From positions 1,474,822-1,538,821 of the forward strand of contig OZ242210.1 in assembly GCA_965206315.1 (NCBI GenBank): a stretch of DNA of 64,000 nucleotides, read 5' to 3'. This document shows, piece after piece, positions 49,045 through 56,715 of this stretch (within the stretch, counting starts at the first letter, position 1; every line of letters starts with the position of its first letter). A program made the position numbers and the translations under genes. The stretch comes from Dehalococcoidia bacterium. Its GTDB lineage: Bacteria; Chloroflexota; Dehalococcoidia; Lucifugimonadales; Australimonadaceae. Under the pieces are notes generated by a model, which searched no databases, had not been told where the DNA came from, and saw nothing but the letters and a program-made list of their open reading frames with translations.

Positions 49045-49268
49045 ACGCTCCGTTCGATGTATTCGGGACAGGCGTGAGCCTACACGACGCGGCCCACGCC
49101 TGCCACCCTCGTCCGTCGTTCCTGCCGAGGCAGGGACCTCGCCCCGCCGAGGGGCCCTCACCCGCCGCCGCTGCGCGGCGGCACCCTCTCCCTCAGGAGA
49201 GGGGTTCCCGTTGCCGCCCCCTGCCTGGCTCCCCTCGCCCTCTGGGAGAGGGGCTGGGGGTGAGGGGA
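49045..49268. repeat. REP-like cluster between the bicupin duplicates
   Basis: Family C hairpin (ttcctgc-cgag-gcaggga), ccctctccctcaggagagggg, and cccctcgccctctgggagaggggctgggggtgagggg. Confidence 0.75.
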
Positions 49269-49269
49269 G

Positions 49270-50376
49270 CTACCCCCTTGACCCCACGAACTCCCGCATC
49301 TTGGAGTTCAGGCCGCGCTTGGACAGCTCGCTCTCGTAGAGGTCCAGCACGCGCGGGTCCTCGTCCGTGTACTCGATCTGGTGGCCGCCTTCCTTCGTGG
49401 ACTTGTCCATGTTCTCGTAGCCGACCATCTTCGATTCGAGGACCGGGTAGCGCGCGCCGCCGAAACCGAACACGAGGTAGCGCGACGGCCCGTCGGCGAC
49501 GTTGAAGTGCTGGTGGTACGTCGGTCCGTCGGGCGGGGCATAGAGGGAGCCCGGCTTCCAGTCGACGCGGACGGTGTCGACCGGGTTCTCGCCCTCGCGC
49601 CAGAGGAGGGAGTAGCCCTCGCCGGTGACGCAGAAGATGTGCGCGCCCGCGTTGTGCCGGTGCGCCTTCTTGTACGTGCCCTGCTGGAACTCCGAGATGT
49701 GGCAGTGCATGGACGAATCGGCGAGCAGGAACTGGATGTTGTTCCCCGCCGCGCCGCGCGCCGCCCACGGCGGCAGCTCGAAGTTGACCAACTCCGGCAC
49801 GAAGTTCGTCTCCCACTGGTGGCGTCCGGGCTTCACCTCGCGGAACTCGCCCTCGCCGTCGAAGTAGCGGGAGACGTCGGAGCGCTCCGGGAAGGTGAAC
49901 GGGTTGCCGAAGATGAAGTCCGGGTTGCGGAAGACGTTGAAGATGATGGGCAGGTCCGTCACGGCGGCGAGCCGCGCGGGCTCGGTGCCGGAGCCGTTGA
50001 AGATCTGGTGTTTCGCGTTCATGGGGATGCCGAAGATGGCCGTCGGCCCCCACTCGAACGAGTACTTCTTGCCCTCCGGCGTCTCGATGACCGTCGCGCC
50101 CCTGCCGGAGACGACGTGGATCAGCTCGTCGTGCATGTGCTGCTCGGGGTTGAGCTGGCCGCCCGGCGGGATCTCCACGACGTACGACGACAGGTAGTCG
50201 GAGCGTCCGGCGAGGTGCACGTACGCGCCGAGTCCGCCGAGCCGCTCCCACGGCTCGACCTCGACCGTATGGCAGTCGACGGCGTACGCCTCGTGGATGG
50301 GGATGCCCTCGCTCTTGATGAAGTCGGTGTACGGGAAGTTGCCGTACCAGGGGTTGATGTCGAACTCGTCTCCCAT
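49270..50376 (-). CDS. bicupin protein (gentisate 1,2-dioxygenase-like), copy 2
   Basis: 368 aa, collinear with copy 1 and roughly four-fifths identical by eye. Confidence 0.7.
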   Translation of the reverse strand: MGDEFDINPWYGNFPYTDFIKSEGIPIHEAYAVDCHTVEVEPWERLGGLGAYVHLAGRSDYLSSYVVEIPPGGQLNPEQHMHDELIHVVSGRGATVIETPEGKKYSFEWGPTAIFGIPMNAKHQIFNGSGTEPARLAAVTDLPIIFNVFRNPDFIFGNPFTFPERSDVSRYFDGEGEFREVKPGRHQWETNFVPELVNFELPPWAARGAAGNNIQFLLADSSMHCHISEFQQGTYKKAHRHNAGAHIFCVTGEGYSLLWREGENPVDTVRVDWKPGSLYAPPDGPTYHQHFNVADGPSRYLVFGFGGARYPVLESKMVGYENMDKSTKEGGHQIEYTDEDPRVLDLYESELSKRGLNSKMREFVGSRG

Positions 50377-50443
50377 GGTTCCTCTCCTCCTCGCGCCAGG
50401 ATGCCGCGAGCGTACACGAACGCACGCCTACGCGCCAAGCGGG

Positions 50444-50496
50444 GGCCCTCACCCACGCGCTGAAGCGCGTTGCCCTCTCCCAGTGGGCGAGGGGAG
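50444..50496. repeat. REP family A unit (reverse orientation) at the left edge of the low-GC island
   Basis: gccctcacccacgcgctgaagcgcgttgccctctcccagtgggcgagggg. It shares cgcgctgaagcgcgttgcc with 52408-52457 in the same orientation. Confidence 0.7.
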
Positions 50497-50839
50497 TTTT
50501 CTGACGGTCTCAATTGGTCTCATTCGGTCCCAAAGCACGCCTACGGCCCAGCCCTCTTTCTTTTTTTGATGGTGACATTTGGTGCCATTTGGTGACATGC
50601 CACTCCTGCAGCCCCATCGATGCTCTGGGGCAGGCTCGCCACGCTGTCCGCCAAGGCGGCGCGTCGTCGCTGACCAGCGTACGCGCTCCAGCCGCGACCG
50701 CGAAAGAGCCGGGTGTCGCGGTGGGGGTGGGGGAGTGGGCGCGGCGAGCGGCTGGTATGGTGTCCCTGAAGGGTAGAAGTTCATTTGCCGCGCCCTACAG
50801 GGACACCCGCTGGGAGTGGAAACATGAGGGGAGGATAGG

Positions 50840-51247
50840 ATGAACGCGGATGAGTCGATCTGCGTACGGAGAGAGTGTGACCATCCGGCCATCTGCCGAG
50901 GGCTATGCGGTTGTTGTTGGCGCACATGGTGGTTCCAGATCGAGTTGCCTCACCGGATAGAAACATGGCCAAGAGTGGGGATCATGGCATGGCTTGCGGG
51001 TGAAGATCCGCCGCCCTGCGCAGTCGAGGGATGCGATAAGCCCTATGGCCCCGGGTGGGGAGTGGGTGGGGGATATGGCCTCTGCAAGCTCCACTATGGG
51101 CGTGCCTATCGGCATTTCAAGAAGATGGGCGGCGTTGCCGAAGGAGACGAGGGGATATGGTCTGCCTGGCAACCCATAGAGAAAGAGCTCATCGCTAGGC
51201 AGATACAGGACTTGGAATCTCTATTGAGCGAGTCGAACGAAGAGTAA
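50840..51247 (+). CDS. Cys-rich hypothetical protein with two zinc-finger-like motifs of the kind found next to HNH endonucleases
   Basis: C..reC.HP..CRGLC..C and C.veGC.KP......GLCKLHYGRAYRHFKK. SD gaggggagga precedes the ATG. Confidence 0.5.
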   Translation: MNADESICVRRECDHPAICRGLCGCCWRTWWFQIELPHRIETWPRVGIMAWLAGEDPPPCAVEGCDKPYGPGWGVGGGYGLCKLHYGRAYRHFKKMGGVAEGDEGIWSAWQPIEKELIARQIQDLESLLSESNEE

Positions 51248-51299
51248 TGCAGCTATGTTGAGAACAGTAGACAAGTACCGAGAAGGCGACGGAGGCACC

Positions 51300-52301
51300 T
51301 CATCGAAAGGCTGATCGTGTAACAGATACCTGAGGCAGAACCTGTGCAACCGAATGTCTGACCTCATTGAGGAAGCGGTCGGTTGCTTGCGGATGCACTC
51401 GAACCTCCTGGATTACTTTCTGGAGTGAGATTGGTATTCGGGGACACGGTTCGCTGGTATCGACCTGTCTCTTTGACCCCCACGCTCGCCTGATGAAGCT
51501 TCCTAGGCTGAGAAAGTTACTCCTGTCGAGATGTACTATCCTAAGTTCGTTCTCATGGCGATATTTCACATCCTTGTGGGTTGCTATGAATTCAGGTGAG
51601 TATATGTTTATCATGTCGGCTCTCTCGTGGGCCTGATACTCGAGATAGTGCACCTGCCATACGGAAGTATGGTCGTGTTCTTTCAGAGTCTCGTTAAGTT
51701 CACCGAAAGTTGTTCTTACGGTGACCGACCTAGGATTGCTACACAGTGCCCACATTGCTTGTGATTCCAGATTGTTGATGTGCCAGCAATTGACATAACA
51801 AGATTGATAGATATCTTCAAGTACACGGGAAAGCTGCAAGACCGGTGCCATAATGGGTGTTGGCAAGGGTGGCAATTCCACTAGATTGATGAGTTCTTGT
51901 AAGGCAGTGGTAGGCTTTCCTTCAAGAGGATCGACCAGATCCTGCAGACGGGATAGGTAGAGCGACTGGGTGTCAAGCAGATCCTGAAACTTCCAATAGT
52001 CTTGATATCTCCACACAGATAGCGAGCTGGGGAGCCCGGAGCCATTACGCTGAAAAGCATCAGGTGGAAAAATGTGGACACAGTGATCGGGTTCATCTGG
52101 GTTGAGAGTAGTTTCATGGCAAGGCAAATGTCCTCTCACGTACCCTAAAGCCATATAGGGATAGATCTCTATTAGTTTGTGTCCAACAGGATAAGGTCGT
52201 GCCTTAATCTTGATTGGCTTGCCTGCGGCTATGTCCCGCTCTAACTCCACCATGAGAAGAACCCGAAGAAACAAATCCACGATGAAGCGCAGCACTTTCA
52301 T
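51300..52301 (-). CDS. DUF2971 family protein
   Basis: WKFQDLLDTQSLYLSRLQDLVDPLEG and the later YRHENELRIV resemble DUF2971 (recollection). Strongly deviant low G+C. Confidence 0.55.
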   Translation of the reverse strand: MKVLRFIVDLFLRVLLMVELERDIAAGKPIKIKARPYPVGHKLIEIYPYMALGYVRGHLPCHETTLNPDEPDHCVHIFPPDAFQRNGSGLPSSLSVWRYQDYWKFQDLLDTQSLYLSRLQDLVDPLEGKPTTALQELINLVELPPLPTPIMAPVLQLSRVLEDIYQSCYVNCWHINNLESQAMWALCSNPRSVTVRTTFGELNETLKEHDHTSVWQVHYLEYQAHERADMINIYSPEFIATHKDVKYRHENELRIVHLDRSNFLSLGSFIRRAWGSKRQVDTSEPCPRIPISLQKVIQEVRVHPQATDRFLNEVRHSVAQVLPQVSVTRSAFR

Positions 52302-52407
52302 TTGTCCCCTGTCCTAGCACGTCGTATCGACGTATTCCGCCGTGCGCTCCAGCACACTCTGGATTCTCGCCTTCGCGAGAATGACGGGGGCTGCGCCCCG
52401 CGTCCGG

Positions 52408-52457
52408 TTCACCCTCACCGCGCGCTGAAGCGCGTTGCCTCTCCCCTTAAGGGAGAA
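52408..52457. repeat. REP family A unit at the right edge of the low-GC island
   Basis: ttcaccctcaccgcgcgctgaagcgcgttgcctctccccttaagggag. It is preceded by a family E hairpin at 52360-52386. Confidence 0.7.
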
Positions 52458-52460
52458 GTG

Positions 52461-52769
52461 CTATCCCTCCCGCTCCCCGAGCGTGCGGCGCAGGTCGTCC
52501 ACCTCGCGGCGGAGGTCGCGATTCTTGCGCCAGAGGAAGACGGCGTAGGCGAAGAAGCCCGCCCAGGTGAGCAGCGTGCCCGCGAGCAGGTAGCCGAGGT
52601 TGCTCTCGCCCGGCGCGGACTGCGCGATCGGAGCGGCAAGCGCGGCGGGCGAGAACAGCGCGAGCACGATGAGCGTGGCCGTCGCGGCGGCGATGAACCG
52701 GAAGGTGAGGGAGACGGCGATGGCCCGGTGTTCCCGGAAGGTGATGATGGAAGCGAGTCGGTTGCGCAT
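52461..52769 (-). CDS. CcmD-like small membrane protein, N-terminally extended
   Basis: The C-terminal TM plus charged tail GYLLAGTLLTWAGFFAYAVFLWRKNRDLRREVDDL resembles CcmD. The gene starts 8 nt after ccmC. Confidence 0.55.
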   Translation of the reverse strand: MRNRLASIITFREHRAIAVSLTFRFIAAATATLIVLALFSPAALAAPIAQSAPGESNLGYLLAGTLLTWAGFFAYAVFLWRKNRDLRREVDDLRRTLGEREG

Positions 52770-52776
52770 GTGGTCC

Positions 52777-53460
52777 TCAGGCGGCGGCGAGCCGCAGCTC
52801 CTCGACGGCCTCCTCGTCGCTGCGGAGCGCGTAGCGCTCGGCGATGAGGGCCGCGAAGAGCACGATGAAGGTGACGAACGAGAAGAGGAGCGTGAGCAGC
52901 ATCTCCCGCTCCAGCGAGCCCTGCGCGCCGGGGCCGGTGACGCGCTCCGGGTGCAGCCCGCCCCACCAGTCCGCCGCCATGTAGACGAACGGCACGGTCG
53001 CCGCGCCGATGATGGCGGTGACGGCGGCCCAGCGCCGGCCGCGCTCGGCGTCGGGCGCGTAGGCGCGCACCATCAGGCAGCCGATGAAGATGAGCCACAG
53101 CACGAAGGTGAGTGTCCCGTTCGCATCCCACACCCACCAGGTACCCCACACCGGCTTCGCCCAGACCGCGCCCGTGATGATGGCGACGGTGAAGAAGACG
53201 ACGCCGACCTCCGCCGAGGCGTAGGCGAGACGGTCGCAGACGCGCTCGCGCTTGACGAGGTACCAGACGCTGCACCCCGCGGCGAGCACGAACGCGAGCC
53301 AACTGGTGAGGATGACGGGGACGTGGAAGTAGAAGAGGCGCTGGACGATGCCCATCGACCGCTCGGTCGGGGCGTAGCCGAAGATGAGGTACATGTCTAT
53401 CAGCACGAGGACTCCCGCCACGAGCAGGAGTCCCAGTCTCCAGGCGCCGGTCACGCTCAC
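52777..53460 (-). CDS. ccmC: heme exporter protein CcmC
   Basis: WAKPVWGTWWVWDA tryptophan-rich motif. The GTG start at 53460 overlaps the ccmB stop (GTGA). Confidence 0.88.
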   Translation of the reverse strand: MSVTGAWRLGLLLVAGVLVLIDMYLIFGYAPTERSMGIVQRLFYFHVPVILTSWLAFVLAAGCSVWYLVKRERVCDRLAYASAEVGVVFFTVAIITGAVWAKPVWGTWWVWDANGTLTFVLWLIFIGCLMVRAYAPDAERGRRWAAVTAIIGAATVPFVYMAADWWGGLHPERVTGPGAQGSLEREMLLTLLFSFVTFIVLFAALIAERYALRSDEEAVEELRLAAA

Positions 53461-54134
53461 TCCTCCAACACGTACTCGAACACGAGCGATGATAGCACGA
53501 GGAAGACGGCGTCGAAGGCGACGATGAGCTGCAGCCAACCGCCGACGCCGTCCCAGCCCTCGCCGTCGAGCGCCTCCCGCGCGCCGGTGACTGCGCCGAT
53601 GAGCAGCGGCAGCGCAACCGGCAGGAAGAGCATGGGCAGCAGCACCTCCCGCGCCCGCGTGTGCACGGCGATGGCCGAGAAGAGCGTGCCGACCGCGGCG
53701 ATGCCGACCGTCGCGGCGAGCGCGATGACGATGAACCAGGCGTTGAAGAGCGAGAGGTCGTACAGGACGAGGAAGGCGGGCAGCATGAGCGCCTCCACCG
53801 TCACGAGCAAGGTGACGACGCTCAGGAGTTTGCCGAGGTACAGCGCCTCGCGGGGAACGGGGGCGAGGCGCAGGCCGTCCAGCGTGCCGCGCTCGTGCTC
53901 CAGCAGGAAGGTGCGGTTCATGCCGAGCACGGCGGTGAAGATCCAGGCGACCCAGACGATGCCCGGCCCGATGGAGGCGATGAGCTGCGGCGACGGCTCG
54001 AACGCGAAGGTGAAGATGAAGGCGACGACGAAGGCGAACGCGAGGACGGAGAAGAGCGTCTCGCGTGTCCGGAGCTCGAGGCGCACGTCCTTGGCGTAGA
54101 TGGTGAGCGCGGCGCGCAGCGTCTCCCGCATCAC
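53457..54134 (-). CDS. ccmB: heme exporter protein CcmB
   Basis: 225-aa six-TM protein between ccmA and ccmC, with FEPSPQL...GIVWVAWIF. Confidence 0.85.
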   Translation of the reverse strand: MMRETLRAALTIYAKDVRLELRTRETLFSVLAFAFVVAFIFTFAFEPSPQLIASIGPGIVWVAWIFTAVLGMNRTFLLEHERGTLDGLRLAPVPREALYLGKLLSVVTLLVTVEALMLPAFLVLYDLSLFNAWFIVIALAATVGIAAVGTLFSAIAVHTRAREVLLPMLFLPVALPLLIGAVTGAREALDGEGWDGVGGWLQLIVAFDAVFLVLSSLVFEYVLEE

Positions 54135-54889
54135 GCGGCCCCTTCTAACGTGTTGGGCGCCGGAACGCTGAGGAGCGCGGCGATCTCGTCGGGCGCCGCG
54201 CTCGCGGCCTCGCCGGTCGCGGCGATGCGTCCGCCGCGCAGGACGGCGAAGTCGTCGGCGAGCGCGAGCCCTCGGGTGGGGTCGTGCGCCGAGAGGACGA
54301 CGGCCCCGCCTCCGTTCGCGACTGCCCGCACGACGGTGTCGACGAACGCCTGGCCCTCCACGTCGAGGCCGGAGTCGGGCTCGTCGAGCAGGAGCAGTGC
54401 GGGTCGGTGCAGCAGCGCCCGGGCGATGGCGACGCGTTTCTGCATGCCGTTGGAGAGGCCGCGCACGCGGCGGTGGGCCCAGCGCTCCGCGCCGACGTCG
54501 CGCAGCACCTCGGCCGCCCGTTCGTCCGGCGTTGGCACGCCGTGAAGCCGGGCGTAGAAGCGCAGGTTCTCCTCCGGCGTGAGGTCGTCGTAGAGGAGGG
54601 AGCCATGGCCAACGTAGCCGGTGGCAGCGCGGACGCGCCCTGCGTCCTTATCGGCGTCGAAGCCCGCCGTCGTCACGCTGCCGGCGGTCGGCTTGACGAG
54701 CGCGGCGGCGACGCGCAGGAGCGTGCTCTTGCCCGCGCCGTTGTGTCCGAACAGGACGAGCACGCGCCCCCACGCCGCATCGAGGTCGACGGCGCGCAGC
54801 GCGTGGGTTATGCCGTAGGTCCTGGAGACGCCGCGCAGCTCCAGCGCGTGGCCGGAGCGCGGGGCGGTTGGTGCGGGGTTCGCTGCCAT
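54131..54889 (-). CDS. ccmA: heme ABC exporter ATP-binding protein CcmA
   Basis: Walker A GHNGAGKSTLL, signature LSNGMQKRVAIA and Walker B LLLLDEP. Start at the ATG at 54889. The ORF-track extension translates a REP unit. Confidence 0.88.
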   Translation of the reverse strand: MAANPAPTAPRSGHALELRGVSRTYGITHALRAVDLDAAWGRVLVLFGHNGAGKSTLLRVAAALVKPTAGSVTTAGFDADKDAGRVRAATGYVGHGSLLYDDLTPEENLRFYARLHGVPTPDERAAEVLRDVGAERWAHRRVRGLSNGMQKRVAIARALLHRPALLLLDEPDSGLDVEGQAFVDTVVRAVANGGGAVVLSAHDPTRGLALADDFAVLRGGRIAATGEAASAAPDEIAALLSVPAPNTLEGAA

Positions 54890-54972
54890 GGGGGTCGCGG
54901 GACAGTGTACCCTGTTCACCCCCATCCTAACCTTCCCCCATCGAGGGGGAAGGGACCAGACGGTACGGAGGT

Positions 54973-55602
54973 GTGAGCGTGGAAGTGTTCCGGCAGGTGG
55001 CGGCGGCGTTCGGCAGGCGCGGCATCCCAAAGGGGATGGAGGAGCGCGTGCCGCCCGGCCAGTACGTGACGCCGAAGATGCCGGTGATGAGCATGTCGCC
55101 GACGCCCGGCATCGACCTCGCCACGTGGCGGCTGCGGCTGTTCGGGGAGGTAGAGCGCGAGACGGAGCTGACGTGGGCGGAGTGGGAGTCACTCGCGCAG
55201 ACCGAGGTCACGGCGGACTTCCACTGTGTCACGCAATGGAGCCGGCTAAACGTCGGCTGGGAGGGCGTTCCTGCGTCGCGGGTGCTCGACCTGGCGCAGC
55301 CGACGGCGTCGGCGCGGTTCGCGATGCTGCACTGCTACGACGGCTACACGGCGAACATCGACGTCGAGGCGCTGCGCTCGCCGGACGTGCTGTTCGCGCA
55401 CCGCATGGACGGCGCTCCGCTCGAAGGGCAGCACGGCGGTCCGCTGCGGCTGGTCGTGCCGTCGCGCTACGGATGGAAGAGCGCGAAGTGGGTGAGCGGG
55501 GTCGAGTTCATGGCCGAGGACAGCCCCGGCTTCTGGGAGGAGCTGGGCTACCACATGCGCGGCGACCCGTGGCGCGAGGAGCGCTTCAGAGGGTGGCGGT
55601 AG
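54973..55602 (+). CDS. sulfite-oxidase-like molybdopterin-binding oxidoreductase
   Basis: FHCVTQWSRLNVGWEGV and GGPLRLVVPSRYGWKSAKWV. Confidence 0.82.
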   Translation: MSVEVFRQVAAAFGRRGIPKGMEERVPPGQYVTPKMPVMSMSPTPGIDLATWRLRLFGEVERETELTWAEWESLAQTEVTADFHCVTQWSRLNVGWEGVPASRVLDLAQPTASARFAMLHCYDGYTANIDVEALRSPDVLFAHRMDGAPLEGQHGGPLRLVVPSRYGWKSAKWVSGVEFMAEDSPGFWEELGYHMRGDPWREERFRGWR

Positions 55603-55842
55603 GGGTCTCCGGGGTGAGGTTCCTGCCTCCGGAGGAATGACGAAGCTACGCTCCGTCCGGTTCACCCCCATCCCAGCCTTCCCCCATCGAGAGGGAAGGG
55701 GCCAGGCAGGGCACCCACAAGGGGCACCCTACGCCCACAAACGGCTGCGAGATTCCCGCCTTCGCGGGAATGACGGAGTAACGCGGGAATGACGGAGTAA
55801 CGCAGGAATGACGGAGTAACGCAGGAACGACGAAGTAGGACG
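55603..55842. repeat. REP-like cluster ending in four tandem 19-bp units
   Basis: Families C, D and E, then cgcgggaatgacggagtaa x2, cgcaggaatgacggagtaa and cgcaggaacgacgaagtag (55763-55838). Confidence 0.8.
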
Positions 55843-56715
55843 CTAGACGGTGAAGGCGTTCAGCAGAGCCTCGGGGGAGCGGGCGGTGACGCGCTCGCGG
55901 ACGCCGCCCATGCGCTGGTCGAGCGAGGGTCGTGAGTCGTCCTGGTAGATGACGCCGAGGGGTACCCCGCCCTGCTCGATGATGTCTCGCGCGGCGCTCT
56001 TGCTGGTGGCGTCGTGGTCGTCGGGGATCTCCCAGGCCAGGGGGTCGATGCCCTTCGCCTTGTTGCCCTTGAGGAGGGCGTAGGTGTCGTTGTAGGTGGT
56101 GCAGGGGGAGTTGACGTGGACGATGGAGAAGCCATCGTGTTCCATGCCGCGCTTGATCATGGCGGCGAGGTCGCGGGGCTTGGTGGAGTAGCCGGAGGCG
56201 ATGTAGGTGACGCCGAGAGTGAGGTAGAGGTCGAGCGGGTTGAGGGTGGCCTCGAGCTTGCCGTAGGGGGTGGAGCTGGTGACGGTGTCCTCGACGGTGG
56301 TGGGGGACGACTGGCCCTTGGTGAGGCCGTAGACGCCGTTGTCCATGATGACGGCGCAGATGTTGAGGTTCCGCGCGGCCTGGGGCGCGATGTGCTCCAT
56401 GCCGATGCTGAGGAAGTCGCCGTCGCCCGCGACGACGACGACGTTGAGGTCCTCCCGCGCCATCTTCACGCCGAGGGCGAGCGGGAGCGAGCGTCCGTGG
56501 ATGCCGTGGAAGCCGTAGGGCTGCTCGCCCTCGTAGAGGTGGACGAGGTTGCCGGAGCAGCCGATGCCGGCGACGACGACGTTGTTGTGCATCGGGATCT
56601 CGCGTTCGATGTTCCAGTCGCGCATGGCGAACTCGAGGGCGCGTCGTACGCCGAAGTCGCCGCAGCCGGGGCACCAGAGGAAGTCGTACTCGGGGTTCTT
56701 GGCCGTTCCTGTCAT
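55843..56715 (-). CDS. korB: 2-oxoacid:ferredoxin oxidoreductase subunit beta
   Basis: WCPGCGDFG TPP/Fe-S motif and GDGDFLSIG. The ATG at 56715 overlaps the korA stop (ATGA). Confidence 0.9.
   Translation of the reverse strand: MTGTAKNPEYDFLWCPGCGDFGVRRALEFAMRDWNIEREIPMHNNVVVAGIGCSGNLVHLYEGEQPYGFHGIHGRSLPLALGVKMAREDLNVVVVAGDGDFLSIGMEHIAPQAARNLNICAVIMDNGVYGLTKGQSSPTTVEDTVTSSTPYGKLEATLNPLDLYLTLGVTYIASGYSTKPRDLAAMIKRGMEHDGFSIVHVNSPCTTYNDTYALLKGNKAKGIDPLAWEIPDDHDATSKSAARDIIEQGGVPLGVIYQDDSRPSLDQRMGGVRERVTARSPEALLNAFTV

Larger units (their letters stand above)
50497..52407. mobile_element. putative horizontally acquired low-GC island (no recombinase seen)
   Basis: Sampled 60-nt lines inside 51300-52300 give about 40-45% G+C, against well above 65% in the flanking ccm and bicupin genes. 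The island is bounded by same-orientation REP units and carries a DUF2971 gene and a Cys-rich phage-like gene. Confidence 0.45.

Noticed and set aside
50449-50925. Small ORFs in the left part of the low-GC island (50449-50925 -, 50514-50843 +, 50579-50776 +).
   Set aside because: They have no SDs or motifs, they overlap each other, and the region is better explained as regulatory or iteron DNA.
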